Part shown: positions 19,667 through 29,829 of the stretch, piece by piece
Position numbering within the stretch: position 1 is the first letter of the stretch
Layout: every line of letters begins with the position of its first letter
Origin: an uncultured Chloroflexia bacterium
GTDB taxonomy: Bacteria; Chloroflexota; Dehalococcoidia; DSTF01; JALHUB01
NCBI GenBank assembly: GCA_963703345.1
Contig: OY969814.1
Span: 320,001 to 384,000, forward strand
Direction of reading: 5' to 3'
Length of the DNA: 64,000 nt
Made by a program: the position numbers and the translations under genes
Notes under the pieces: model-generated
What the model saw: only the letters and a program-made list of their open reading frames with translations
Database searches by the model: none
What the model was told of the DNA's origin: nothing

Positions 19667-20470
19667 ATGGAAGAAGATTACCTGGAGATTGCGGGCAAGA
19701 AGTTCCGGTCGCGGCTGCTGGTCGGGACCGGCAAGTACCGAACGCCGGAGGAGATGGCGGCGGCGCTGGAGGCTTCCGGCGCGGAGATCGTGACGGTGGC
19801 CATCCGGCGCCTGGACCTCGACAACCCGGCGCAGAAGACGCTGCTCGACCACATCGACTGGCGCCGCTACACGATCCTGCCCAACACAGCGGCCTGTCGC
19901 ACGGTCGAAGAGGCGCTGTTCACGGCGCGCCTGGGACGGGAGGTGACCGGCTCGGACTGGGTGAAGCTGGAGGTCGTGCCGGACCCGAAGTACCTCCTGC
20001 CGGACCCGATCGCGACGCTGGAGGCGGCGAAAACGCTGGTCGCCGAAGGCTTCGTCGTTCTGCCGTACATCCACGCCGACCCTGTGCTGGCGCGGCGACT
20101 GCAGGACATCGGCTGTGCGACGGTCATGCCGCTGGGCTCGGCGATAGGCTCCGGGCAGGGCATATTGACAGCGGAGGAGATACGCATCATCGTTGAGCAG
20201 GCGACAGTGCCGGTCGTCGTTGATGCCGGCCTGGGCGCGCCTTCGGACGCGGCGCTGGCAATGGAGCTGGGCGCCGACGCTGTGCTCATGAATACCGCAC
20301 TGGCAGAGGCGGGCGATCCCGCGCTGATGGCCGCCGCCCTGCGCAAGGGAGTCGAGGCCGGGCGCGAGGCCTACCTGGCCGGCCGGATTCCGAAAAAACG
20401 CTACGCTTCGGCGAGCAGTCCCATGGAGGGAGTAGCGGGCCGAGTGGCGACGACAGGAGGAAAAGGATGA
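19667..20470 (+). CDS. thiG: Thiazole synthase
   Basis: [36 protein letters not shown]. Confidence 0.96.
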   Translation: MEEDYLEIAGKKFRSRLLVGTGKYRTPEEMAAALEASGAEIVTVAIRRLDLDNPAQKTLLDHIDWRRYTILPNTAACRTVEEALFTARLGREVTGSDWVKLEVVPDPKYLLPDPIATLEAAKTLVAEGFVVLPYIHADPVLARRLQDIGCATVMPLGSAIGSGQGILTAEEIRIIVEQATVPVVVDAGLGAPSDAALAMELGADAVLMNTALAEAGDPALMAAALRKGVEAGREAYLAGRIPKKRYASASSPMEGVAGRVATTGGKG

Positions 20471-21156
20471 CCACGTTTATCGCCAGCAGGATGGGACGCC
20501 TGCGCCTGCCGAGCCTCTGGCTGGTGACGGACCGCCGCGTCTGCGCCGACAAGACGCTGGACGAGGTCGTTTCGCAGGCCATCGAGGGCGGCGCGAACGT
20601 TATCCAGATGCGCGAGAAGGACCTGCCGGCGGCCGAGCTGTTCGCTCTGGGCGTGCGTCTGCGGGCGGTAACAAAGAATCGGGCACTGATACTGATAAAC
20701 GACCGCGTGGACGTCGCACAGGCCTGCGGCGCCGACGGAGCGCAGTTGCCGGAGAACGGCCTGCCCACCTCCGTCGCCCGCTGGGTGATGGGGCGACACG
20801 CGGTCCTCGGGCGCTCCGTGCACGACGTGGAAGCGGCGAAGCAGGCCGAGGCCGACGGAGCGGACGTCGTCGTTGTCGGTCCCGTCTTCGAGACCGGGTC
20901 GAAGCCGAACGCGAAGCCTTGCGGCACGGAGACGCTGAGGGAGATCGCGGAGGCGGTGCCGTTGCCGGTAATCGCCATTGGCGGCATCAAGCCGGAGAAC
21001 GCCGGCGACGTGATAAGGGCGGGAGCGGCGGGCGTCGCCGTCATCTCCGCGATCTGCGCGGCGGAAGACCCGCGGGCGGCGGCGAAAGCGTTGACGGAGG
21101 CGATGGGCGAGGCCTGGCGCGAACGGCTGCTGGCAAGAGCGAAGGCGAACGCATGA
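20467..21156 (+). CDS. thiE: Thiamine-phosphate synthase
   Basis: QMREK, INDRVD, SVH, GPVFET.SK, AIGGI, AVISAI. Confidence 0.92.
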   Translation: MTTFIASRMGRLRLPSLWLVTDRRVCADKTLDEVVSQAIEGGANVIQMREKDLPAAELFALGVRLRAVTKNRALILINDRVDVAQACGADGAQLPENGLPTSVARWVMGRHAVLGRSVHDVEAAKQAEADGADVVVVGPVFETGSKPNAKPCGTETLREIAEAVPLPVIAIGGIKPENAGDVIRAGAAGVAVISAICAAEDPRAAAKALTEAMGEAWRERLLARAKANA

Positions 21157-21356
21157 TAGGCGTGACCGTCAACGGAAAGCGCCGGGAGATCGACGACAAG
21201 ACCGACCTGGCCGCCTTGCTGCAGTCGCTGGAGGTCGACGCCCGTGGCGTCGCGGTGGCGTGCAACGCCGAGATCGTGTCGCGCGAGGCGTATGCGACGG
21301 TCAGGCTGCGCGAAGGCGACAGCATAGAGATCGTGCGCATGGTGGGCGGCGGTTAG
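21153..21356 (+). CDS. thiS: Sulfur carrier protein ThiS
   Basis: MIGVTVNG...VAVACN..IV...EGDSIEIVRMVGGG with the C-terminal GG. Confidence 0.93.
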   Translation: MIGVTVNGKRREIDDKTDLAALLQSLEVDARGVAVACNAEIVSREAYATVRLREGDSIEIVRMVGGG

Positions 21357-21366
21357 CGAGGCCTCA

Positions 21367-22527
21367 ATGTCGTCCGGCGGTTCCTTCGACGTGATTGTTG
21401 TCGGTGGCGGCGTCATCGGCTGCGCTATCGGCTACTACCTGGCGCGCGAGGGTGTGGCGGTTGCCGTTGTTGAACGCGGCGAGATCGGCTGCGAGGCGTC
21501 GAGCGCGGCGGCGGGCATGCTGGCGCCGCTGGCGGATGTCGAAGAGGAAGGCCCTTTTCAGGAAATCGCCGTTGCCGGTCTGCGCCTGTTCCCAGCGCTC
21601 GCGGAGACGTTGCGCGCGGAGAGCGGCGTCGACATCGAGTATTTGACGTCCGGCATCCTGCGCGTGGCGTCGAGCGAAACGGAGGAGCTACGCCTTCGCG
21701 CGCTGGCGCGACGTTCCGTCGGCCTGGCGCTCCACTGGCTGTCGCCGAAGGAGGCGCACTCGCTCGAACCGGCGCTGTCGACGGAGATCCGCGGGGCGCT
21801 GTACTCGCCGGAGGAACACCAGGTTAGCGCCGACCGATTGGTGCGCGCCTTCGCTCGCGCTGCGGCCGCATACGGCGCGACGCCGTGCCGGAATCGCCGG
21901 GTCGATGGGCTTCTGACGAGAGGCGAGAGCGTCATCGGCGTCCGGACATCGGATGGGCCGATGAACGCCGGGCACGTGGTGCTTGCCGCCGGTCCCTGGA
22001 CGGGGCGGGTCGCCGGATTGCTCGGAGTCTCATTGCCTGTCTTTCCGGTGCGCGGCCAGATGACGGCGCTGCCGGGGAAGTCGCTGCTCCGTCACATCGT
22101 CTGGGGCGAAGACGGCTATCTCGTGCCGAAGGCGAACGGGCTGGTCTTCGCCGGCGCGACGGTGGAGAACGTGGGCTTCCGGCGACAAACGACTGCCTCA
22201 GGCATCCAGGGGCTGCTAACGATGGCGGTGACGCTGGTGCCCCGACTAGCCTTCGCGGCGCCCGTCGATGCCTGGGCCGGCCTTCGCCCCGGTTCCGCCG
22301 ACGGCCTGCCGCTGCTCGGCCCGCTGCCCAGATGGGAAGGCGTGAGCGTCGCGACGGGACATTATCGCAACGGCATTCTTCTCTCCGCCATAACGGGCCG
22401 CCTGATCACGCAGTCGATAGTCGATGGGCTGGCGGACGAGACGTTGGCGCCGTTCAGCCCGGCGCGATTCGGGGACGCGCTATCTAACGACGCGGGCAAG
22501 ATGCCCGCTCTACGCGGAAAAACGTGA
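21367..22527 (+). CDS. thiO: Glycine oxidase
   Basis: GGGVIG, ASSAAAGML, PVRGQ, GLRP, GHYRNGILL; lies in the thi operon. Confidence 0.92.
   Translation: MSSGGSFDVIVVGGGVIGCAIGYYLAREGVAVAVVERGEIGCEASSAAAGMLAPLADVEEEGPFQEIAVAGLRLFPALAETLRAESGVDIEYLTSGILRVASSETEELRLRALARRSVGLALHWLSPKEAHSLEPALSTEIRGALYSPEEHQVSADRLVRAFARAAAAYGATPCRNRRVDGLLTRGESVIGVRTSDGPMNAGHVVLAAGPWTGRVAGLLGVSLPVFPVRGQMTALPGKSLLRHIVWGEDGYLVPKANGLVFAGATVENVGFRRQTTASGIQGLLTMAVTLVPRLAFAAPVDAWAGLRPGSADGLPLLGPLPRWEGVSVATGHYRNGILLSAITGRLITQSIVDGLADETLAPFSPARFGDALSNDAGKMPALRGKT
22492..22517. repeat. REP-like repeat family B (GTAG plus palindrome on the minus strand)
   Basis: GCGGGCAAGATGCCCGCTCTACGCGG, identical to 25965-25990. Confidence 0.8.
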
Positions 22528-23142
22528 CGCGAGGCTGCGCGCCGCGTCTTCGATGTCGTCAGCGTGGCAGACGGCGCTGATGACCGCAACAGCGTCGGCG
22601 CCGGCCGCGATCACAGCGTCGACGTTCTCCTCGCTTATTCCGCCTATCGCGACCAGCGGCAGGCTTATCGCCGCTCTGACCGCGCGCAGCCGCTCCAGGC
22701 CGGCGGGACGCGTGTCCTCCTTCGTCGCGGTGGGGAAGATGCTGCCCACAGCCACGTAGGCGGCGCCCTCGCGCTCCGCCTGCTGCGCCTCCTCAACCGT
22801 GTTCGTCGACGCGCCCAGCAGGAAACCCGCGGGCAGCCACGGCCGCACCAGCGAAAGCGGCAGGTCGCGGCGGCCGAGATGGGCGCCGTCGGCGGCGAGG
22901 GCCAGGGTCAAGTCGACGTGGTCGTTGACGAACAACAGGGCGTCGTGCGCGCGGCAGAGGTCGCGGATGGCCCGCGCGTCGGGGAGCTGGTCACCCTTGT
23001 CGCGGGCCTTGTCGCGCCACTGGAGGATGCGGGCACCGCCGGCCAGGGCGAGGCGGGCGACTTCGACGGGGTCGCGGCCGCGCGTCTGCTGCGGGTCGAT
23101 GATGACGTAGAGGCCACGAATTGGACGTTCCGCTATGGCCAT
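22510..23142 (-). CDS. thiE: Second thiamine-phosphate synthase
   Basis: MAIAERPIRGLYVI..QWRDK..VNDH..DGAHLG..GSIFPTATK..AIGGI..AVISAV. Confidence 0.88.
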   Translation of the reverse strand: MAIAERPIRGLYVIIDPQQTRGRDPVEVARLALAGGARILQWRDKARDKGDQLPDARAIRDLCRAHDALLFVNDHVDLTLALAADGAHLGRRDLPLSLVRPWLPAGFLLGASTNTVEEAQQAEREGAAYVAVGSIFPTATKEDTRPAGLERLRAVRAAISLPLVAIGGISEENVDAVIAAGADAVAVISAVCHADDIEDAARSLASRFSA

Positions 23143-24180
23143 TGCAGTTGCCCGTCCTTGTAGATGTCGCGGAGAAAGCGGTCGCTGAAGCCGGTTGAAC
23201 GCGTCGACCGGCTTGGTGATAGCGCCGAATTCGTGCAGCGAGGCGTCGAGCGCCTGCCATTGCGCCACGGTCTGCCAGCCGAGGCCGTTCTTCTGCGTAG
23301 CGTCCGAGTCGGCGGCCCCCAGCTCCGTGTCGAGCATAAAGCGCTGGTGCTCACGCTCCTGGCCCGGCGCGTACTTGAGGACGATGTCGATCGCTTCGTC
23401 ACGATTGTCGCGCGCCCATTCGATGCCGTGCAGCACGGCCTTGAGGAAGCGCTCCACCACGTCGGGATGCTGGTCCGCGTAGTCCCGGCTGGTGATGTAG
23501 GTCAGGCCGAGCGTGGGCATGCCGAAGTCGGCGGCGCTGAACACCTTCACCTCTTTGCCCAGCTTGCGTCGAATCGTGTCCGGCTCGTTGGAGAGGAAGA
23601 CAGGGTAGACATCGACGCGGCCTTCGACGAGGAGCTGCGGCGGCTCGTAGCCGATGTTCTGCGCATTCACGTCGCTGAGCGTCATGCCGCGCGCCTTGAG
23701 TATCGCGGGCAGGTCCGGCGGGACGGTGCTCCGATAGCCGACGGTCTTGCCCCGCCAGCTCGCCGGGTCGTCGAGGCCCGAGCCCGCCAGCGTCACCCAG
23801 CCCTGCTGGCCGGTCTGGCCGATGAGGGCGATGGAGAGTAGCGGCAGGCCCGGGTCGGCGATGCGCTGGAGGACGTTCGCGGCGTCGGCGGTGGTGAACT
23901 GCACCTGACCGCTGAGGAGGAGCTGGATATGCTGGCTGCCGCCGGACGAGTGCTGCATGTCAACGTCCAGCGCCTCGTCGGCAAAGAAACCCTTCTCCTT
24001 CGCGACGTAGGCTCCGACGAAGGGCAAGTTCGCCTGAGGCGTGAATCCGGCCATGAACGTGATCTTTTCCGGCGCCAGCGTCGCGGCGGGTATTTGCGCA
24101 GGCGCGGCCTTCCGTTCGCTGCCGCAGGCGGCAAGGGCAAGGACAACGATGACGAGGATCAGCCAACGGCAGGTTTTCAT
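23133..24180 (-). CDS. ThiY/NMT1-like ABC substrate-binding lipoprotein with a 1-nt frameshift near 23197
   Basis: Lipobox LAAC, KEKGFF, PDVVERFLKA. The natural C-terminus (STGFSDRFLRDIYKDGQLQWP*) lies in another frame; span is 3n+1. Confidence 0.75.
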
Positions 24181-24190
24181 AGAGGTGTCC

Positions 24191-25033
24191 TCACAGGTCG
24201 AGCGTCGATTCGTGCCAGAAGAGAAGCCGCCGCTCGACGACGGCGACGGCCAGGTAGAGCCCGATGCCCATCGCGGCGAGCGAGACGACGGCGGCGAAGG
24301 CGGTCGGCATGTCGACGTTGCTGTTCGCTACCTGGATGACGCGCCCCAGGCCCTGATCGCCGCTGAACCATTCCGCGACGACCGCGCCGATGACGCTGAG
24401 CGGTATCGACACCTTGAAGGCGGCGAAGAGGTACGGCAGCGCGCTCGGCAAGCGCAGCTTGGCGAGAATCTCCCAGGCCGAGGCGTCGAGGGAACGCAGG
24501 TATTGGAGGGCCCAGGGGTTGACGGAGCGGAGACCGATGACGGCGTTCACCATCACCGGGAAGAAGACGATGAGGGCGACGATGAACAGCTTCGGCGCGA
24601 GCCCGAAGCCGAACCAGACGGCCAGCAAGGGCGCAATCGCCACTATCGGCGTCACCTTGACCATGATCGCCAGCGGGAAGAGGCTGCGCTCGAGGAAGCG
24701 AGAGTGGGCCATCGCGACGGCCAGCAACAGGGCGACGGCGGCCCCCAGGGCGAAGCCGGCAAGCGCGCCGGAGAGCGTGACGGCGCCCTGTCGCGCGAAG
24801 AACGCGGGGTCCTCGGCCAGACGCTGGGCGATGGCGGAGGGCGGCGGCAGCAGGTACTCCGGCACATCGCGCAACCGCACGAACGTCTCCCAGGCCGCAA
24901 GGGCGGCGGTCAGCGCCAGGAGCGGCGGCGTCAGGGCGCGCAGGAACGGCCGAGGCCCCTGCGGGCGAGGCGTCGCGCCCGCAGGGGCCTCGGCGCAAAT
25001 TCGGGCGTCCTTTTCGATGAGCGGGCGGTCCAT
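24191..25033 (-). CDS. ABC transporter permease (ThiX/SsuC-like)
   Basis: LPPPSAI, P.VAIAPL, KLRLPSALP, GAVVAEW..GLG. Confidence 0.9.
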   Translation of the reverse strand: MDRPLIEKDARICAEAPAGATPRPQGPRPFLRALTPPLLALTAALAAWETFVRLRDVPEYLLPPPSAIAQRLAEDPAFFARQGAVTLSGALAGFALGAAVALLLAVAMAHSRFLERSLFPLAIMVKVTPIVAIAPLLAVWFGFGLAPKLFIVALIVFFPVMVNAVIGLRSVNPWALQYLRSLDASAWEILAKLRLPSALPYLFAAFKVSIPLSVIGAVVAEWFSGDQGLGRVIQVANSNVDMPTAFAAVVSLAAMGIGLYLAVAVVERRLLFWHESTLDL

Positions 25034-25036
25034 CCG

Positions 25037-25825
25037 TCAAGTGCTCCTTAGGAGGGCGCGAAGTTCGGCGGCATAGCGGCGGAACTGGTCGCTCGCCTCC
25101 GTCTCTTCCGTCCGCGGCCGCGGCAGGTCGATGTCGACGACCGTCTTCAGCCGGCCCGGCGCGCTGGTCAATACGGCGACGCGGTCGGCGAGGAGCACGG
25201 CCTCGGCGATGCTGTGGGTGACGAAGATGACGGTCTTGGGAGCGGCGCCGTCGCTCAGGGGCGACTGCCAGATGCGCAGCAGCTCATAGCGAAGGGCCTC
25301 GCGCGTGATCTCGTCGAGGGCGCCGAACGGCTCGTCCATGAGCAGCAGCGACGGGTTGAAGACGAGCGTTCGCGCCAGGGCGACGCGCTGCTGCATGCCG
25401 CCGGAGAGCTGTCGCGGGTAGTAATCGCGGAACTCCTCCAGACGCATGAGGTCCAGCAGTCGCTCAGGGCGCATCGAATGCGCGCCGTTGCGGCGGTTCA
25501 CTTCCAGCGGCAGGCGGACGTTTTCAAAGACAGTACGCCAGGGGAGGAGCGAGGCTTCCTGGAAGACGTAGCCGATCTGCTTCCGACGCGTCGCCATGGC
25601 GGGCGGCCGGCCGGCGATGCGAACGCTTCCCGACGTGGGCGGGAGAAGGCCGCCGATGGCGCGAAGGAGCGTCGTCTTGCCGCAGCCGCTGGGGCCGATG
25701 ACCGCGAGGAACTCGCCGGCGGCGACGGAGATGGTGACGTCGGCGAGGGCGGTCAGGGCGCGGCCGTTGTCGCGGAAGGTCTTCGACAGGGCCGTTGCTT
25801 CGACGAGGGGTAATCCATCACCCAT
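25037..25825 (-). CDS. ABC transporter ATP-binding protein (ThiZ/SsuB-like)
   Basis: GPSGCGKTT, LSGGMQQR, MDEPFGALD, VTHSI, LPRPR. Confidence 0.92.
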   Translation of the reverse strand: MGDGLPLVEATALSKTFRDNGRALTALADVTISVAAGEFLAVIGPSGCGKTTLLRAIGGLLPPTSGSVRIAGRPPAMATRRKQIGYVFQEASLLPWRTVFENVRLPLEVNRRNGAHSMRPERLLDLMRLEEFRDYYPRQLSGGMQQRVALARTLVFNPSLLLMDEPFGALDEITREALRYELLRIWQSPLSDGAAPKTVIFVTHSIAEAVLLADRVAVLTSAPGRLKTVVDIDLPRPRTEETEASDQFRRYAAELRALLRST

Positions 25826-25930
25826 GAGCGCCTCGATAGGAGTGTGTCTTGCTGAAGGGAAGTGCCGGCGGCTCCGACAAGTCCATTCTATGTCGGTCGC
25901 CTCGCGCCTGACAACGGCTCTTTCCCTCGC

Positions 25931-25990
25931 GCAGGTCGGGCGTCTCGCCCGACCGTTCTTTCGAGCGGGCAAGATGCCCGCTCTACGCGG
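25931..25990. repeat. Inverted REP doublet (REPIN-like)
   Basis: GCAG-GTCGGGCGTCTCGCCCGAC followed by GAGCGGGCAAGATGCCCGCT-CTAC. Confidence 0.7.
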
Positions 25991-26057
25991 GGATGGCCTC
26001 ACGCCTGTCCTTGACAGTGGATGCTTTCGCCTGCTACGAATAGGTTGAAGGGATGCG

Positions 26058-26702
26058 ATGATCGCGCTCATCGGCGGCACGGGCCCTGAGGGAAAGGGAC
26101 TGGCGCTGCGGTTCGCCGCGGCCGGCGAGATCGTGATGATCGGCTCGCGCTACAAGGAGCGCGCCGTCGCTGCCGCCGAGGAGGTGCGACGCCTGGTCCC
26201 CGACGCCTGGGTGCGCGGCGCTCTCAACCGTCGCGCCGCCCGCGAGGCAGACGTCATCGTCCTCACGGTGCCATTCGAAGGGCATGCCCGCGTCCTCGCG
26301 TCGCTGACCGAGTACGCCCGCGGCAAGATCCTTATCGATACCGTCGTGCCGCTGGTTTTCGAGAAGGGGCGCATCAGCGTCCAGCCTGTTGAGGAAGGGT
26401 CCGCGGCGGAGCAGGCGCAGCGGATGCTGCCGGACACGCGGGTGGTCGCCGCTTTCCAGAACCTGAGCGCGGTCGAGCTCTCCGCGCTCGACCGGCCGCT
26501 GGACGCCGACGTGGTCGTCTGCGCCGACAACGTAGCGGCCAGGAACGCCGTGATGGCGCTGATCGACAAGATGCCCGGCCTGCGCGGCGTCAACGGCGAC
26601 GGCCTGGCGAACGCCCACCACCTGGAAGAGATAACCGCGCTTCTGTTGTCCCTCAACCGCATTCATCGAGCCCACGCCAGCGTCAAGTTCACGGGTATCT
26701 GA
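26058..26702 (+). CDS. npdG: NADPH-dependent F420 reductase
   Basis: IGGTGPEG.GLA.R, IGSR, VP, GSAAE, AFQN; adjacent to cofE. Confidence 0.9.
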   Translation: MIALIGGTGPEGKGLALRFAAAGEIVMIGSRYKERAVAAAEEVRRLVPDAWVRGALNRRAAREADVIVLTVPFEGHARVLASLTEYARGKILIDTVVPLVFEKGRISVQPVEEGSAAEQAQRMLPDTRVVAAFQNLSAVELSALDRPLDADVVVCADNVAARNAVMALIDKMPGLRGVNGDGLANAHHLEEITALLLSLNRIHRAHASVKFTGI

Positions 26703-26704
26703 GG

Positions 26705-27481
26705 ATGCCGTCGCGAGCTGCCCCAGGGCCGCCGGAGGTCCGCATCCTCGGCATCGCCGGCATGCCCGAAATAGCGCCCGGCGACGACATCGCCGCGCTC
26801 ATCCTCGACGCGCTGGCCGCGCAGGGGACGGCGCTTGAGGACGGCGACGTGCTGGTCGTCACGCAGAAGATCGTCTCCAAGGCGGAGGGACGGCTGGTCG
26901 AGCTGAAAACGGTCGAGCCGTCGGAGCTGGCGAAGCGATTTGCGCGTCGCTGGCGGAAGGACGGGCGGCAGGTCGAGGTCGTGCTGCGCGAGGCGAGGCG
27001 AATCGTGCGCATGGACAGGGGCGTCCTGATCGTCGAGACGCGGCATGGCTTCGTCTGCGCCAACGCCGGCGTCGATGCGTCGAACACGGGGCGGCCCGGC
27101 TTCGTGACGCTGCTTCCCGAAGACCCGGACGCATCTGCGGAGCGGATCCGCGCGGAGATCCGGCGACGGGCGGGCGCGAAGGTGTCGGTCATCATCGCGG
27201 ACAGCTTCGGCCGGCCCTGGCGCGAGGGCATCGACCAGGTGGCGCTAGGCGTGGCGGGCCTGCTGCCGCTGCGCGACTATACAGGCGAGCGCGACCCCGA
27301 CGGCTACGAGCTGCGGGTGACGCAGGTGGCGCTGGCGGACGAGCTGGCGGCGGCGGCGGAGCTGGTGATGGGGAAACTGGACCGCGTGCCGGCGGCGATC
27401 GTTCGCGGCTTTGCGGCGCCGGCGGGCGAGGGCAGCGGGCGGCAGCTCCTGCGCGACGCGGCGAAAGACCTCTTCCGCTAG
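26705..27481 (+). CDS. cofE: Coenzyme F420-0:L-glutamate ligase
   Basis: QKIVSKAEG, CANAGVD.SN, LLPEDPD.SA, DSFGRPWREG, DLFR. Confidence 0.93.
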   Translation: MPSRAAPGPPEVRILGIAGMPEIAPGDDIAALILDALAAQGTALEDGDVLVVTQKIVSKAEGRLVELKTVEPSELAKRFARRWRKDGRQVEVVLREARRIVRMDRGVLIVETRHGFVCANAGVDASNTGRPGFVTLLPEDPDASAERIRAEIRRRAGAKVSVIIADSFGRPWREGIDQVALGVAGLLPLRDYTGERDPDGYELRVTQVALADELAAAAELVMGKLDRVPAAIVRGFAAPAGEGSGRQLLRDAAKDLFR

Positions 27482-27514
27482 GGGCGGTCGGACCAGGGCG
27501 GGAGCACGACCTAA

Positions 27515-28753
27515 TTGGAACAACCCTCTCCGACGTTTGACGACCTGAGGCTGGAGCCGTCGCCGGTGCCGGGCGTGAGCCGCAACGTTTTCGTGCTGGG
27601 GCTCGTGAGCCTGGCCACGGACGTCGCCAGCGAGATGCTCTATCCGCTGATCCCCATCTTCCTGACCGTCACGCTCGGCGCTCCGGTGGCGGCGCTGGGC
27701 GTTATCGAGGGGATCGCTGAGGGCACGGCCAGCCTCATGAAGGTCGGGTCGGGCTGGTATTCGGACCGACTTTCGATGCGCAGGCCGCTGGTCGCGGCGG
27801 GGTACGCGCTGTCGGCAATCGGCAAGGTGTTGCTGGCGACGGCGTTCCACTGGCCGCAGGTGCTCGTCGCCCGCACCGTCGACCGGTTCGGCAAGGGCGT
27901 GCGCACCTCGCCGCGCGACGCCCTCATTGCCGATTCCGCCCTTCCCGAGACATACGGGCGAGCGTTCGGCTTCCATCGGGCGGCGGACACGGCGGGAGCG
28001 GTGCTGGGGCCGCTGATCGGCCTGGCGATACTGGAGATCGTCGGTCAGAACCACTTGAGACCAGTGCTGCTCGCCGCGACCGTGCCCGGCGTGCTCAGCG
28101 TCGGGCTGCTGGCTTTCGTGAAGGAGCGGCGTCGCGAGCCGAAGCCGGTCGAAAGCGGCGCCGAGAGGCCGAAAATCGACCTGTCGGGCGCGAGTCCCGT
28201 GTTCTGGATTTTCCTGAGCATCAGTCTCCTCTTCGCGCTGGGCAACTCCAGCGACACCTTCCTCATCCTGAGGGCGAAAGACCTGGGGCTGAGCCTGGCG
28301 GTCGTCATCCTGCTGTATGTGCTGTACAACGCGAGCTACAGCCTGCTGTCGCTGCCGGCGGGCATCGTCGCGGACCGGGCGGGAAAGCGGCGGCTGGTGA
28401 CGGGCGGCTTCTTCGTCTACGGGCTGGTGTATATGGGGTTCGCGCTGGCTGGCCAGGGGAGCTCGCTGTGGCCGCTGTTCCTGGTCTACGGCGTGTACAT
28501 GGCGTTCACGGACGGCATGGCGCGGGCGATGGTGGCGGAGCTATCGCCGGAGGAGCGTCGGGGGACGTTTCTGGGGCTGTACCACACGGGCATCGGGCTG
28601 ATGGCGGTGGCGGCGAGCGTGCTGGCGGGGGTGCTGTGGGACGTCGTTGGGAAGCCAGCGCCGTTCTGGCTGGGCGCGTCGACGGGGTTTGCGGCGGCGG
28701 CACTCATGCTGGCGCTGCCGGGAGGGCGCTCATCAGCACGGGCGGACGTGTGA
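27515..28753 (+). CDS. MFS transporter
   Basis: D.ASEM..P, DRFGKGVRTSPRDALI, FGFHRA.D; about 12 hydrophobic segments. Confidence 0.9.
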   Translation: MEQPSPTFDDLRLEPSPVPGVSRNVFVLGLVSLATDVASEMLYPLIPIFLTVTLGAPVAALGVIEGIAEGTASLMKVGSGWYSDRLSMRRPLVAAGYALSAIGKVLLATAFHWPQVLVARTVDRFGKGVRTSPRDALIADSALPETYGRAFGFHRAADTAGAVLGPLIGLAILEIVGQNHLRPVLLAATVPGVLSVGLLAFVKERRREPKPVESGAERPKIDLSGASPVFWIFLSISLLFALGNSSDTFLILRAKDLGLSLAVVILLYVLYNASYSLLSLPAGIVADRAGKRRLVTGGFFVYGLVYMGFALAGQGSSLWPLFLVYGVYMAFTDGMARAMVAELSPEERRGTFLGLYHTGIGLMAVAASVLAGVLWDVVGKPAPFWLGASTGFAAAALMLALPGGRSSARADV

Positions 28754-29037
28754 TTTGACCATTTGAATTCAATTGTTTTTCGTCGGTGTATGCGAATCTG
28801 AGCGAAGGCGACGTGAATGTGAGAAATTGCGCGAAATGCCGTCGAAAAAGGGCGAAACTGGTGCAACAGGGCGCGGATGCGTCGAGGCGGGCGGCTGAGG
28901 GCGGGCAAGTGGAATCGAGTTGGCATTATGGGGTCATAATAGCAGAGGGAGGCGCCGGTCTGTAAGGCGGATGTGGCACCCGGCAGCATGGTGCCCTCAC
29001 TTATCCGCTCTTCACCACCCGACACATGCTGTCCTGC

Positions 29038-29829
29038 TCAACCTTCCTTTGGCTTCTTTGGCAGAAGGTACTGTACCAGGATAGGTTCAAACCTGAGTGT
29101 TCTCGGCATGACAGCGGACAGCCAGGACAGCAGATCGTACAATACAGAATCCGACTTCCGCACGACCCACCCTGGCACCGATTTACAATCTGAGCGCGCG
29201 AACTTCAATGTCCCTTCTCCATCCCCGAAATTCATGACCGAGCCAGCCCCCACGACAAAGAACGCGTCCGCGAGTCGGTTCTGCTCCACTGCATGCGCCC
29301 TCTCAAACTCAACGATCCTAGAATGAATGGTCGGAGGGCTCAATTGAGACTCAAACGCTATCAAGAACCAAGGCGGGCATCTGTAGAATCGCGCCATGTC
29401 TGAAGGATTCGTGTGTATCATCTCACCAACGCTATGGCGCGTCTCAAGTTTCTTGAAAACAAGGGAACTGGTGAGGGCACTCTCCAATCCATCGCTTGTC
29501 AGAATCGCCTTCACTTCGCCAGCGGCGGAGACACCTTCGATAAAGAACAGTCCAGGCAGGTCCGCCGTAAACGTGAACGGATGATCTTCGTTCGCTACAA
29601 CAACGTCCGTCTGCTTCGATCTGTGACCCTCACTATCAATGACCTCGCCCTGGCCTACTTGTAAGCGACGCGGCAAGTAGAGGCGCAGGAATGACCTGAA
29701 AGCCTCTTCAACGGCTGTCCCTTTGTCCCCGCCTTGCGCAAATGTGGCCCGAGCTTCCTTGAGTTTCGCCATCATCTGAACCTCGACGGCCCGTATCTTG
29801 TCTTTCAGGAACCCAGCATCCATCATCAT
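29038..29829 (-). CDS. DUF6602-like putative PD-(D/E)xK-type protein, low GC
   Basis: GDKG...E...R.FL...LP, G.VIDS.G..SKQTDVVV, IEGV.A.GEVK..LT. Confidence 0.65.
   Translation of the reverse strand: MMMDAGFLKDKIRAVEVQMMAKLKEARATFAQGGDKGTAVEEAFRSFLRLYLPRRLQVGQGEVIDSEGHRSKQTDVVVANEDHPFTFTADLPGLFFIEGVSAAGEVKAILTSDGLESALTSSLVFKKLETRHSVGEMIHTNPSDMARFYRCPPWFLIAFESQLSPPTIHSRIVEFERAHAVEQNRLADAFFVVGAGSVMNFGDGEGTLKFARSDCKSVPGWVVRKSDSVLYDLLSWLSAVMPRTLRFEPILVQYLLPKKPKEG

Noticed and set aside
25826-26050. Second TPP riboswitch upstream of the thiZXY transporter
   Set aside because: No CTGAGA or AACCTGA motifs on the minus strand; the region holds REP hairpins instead.
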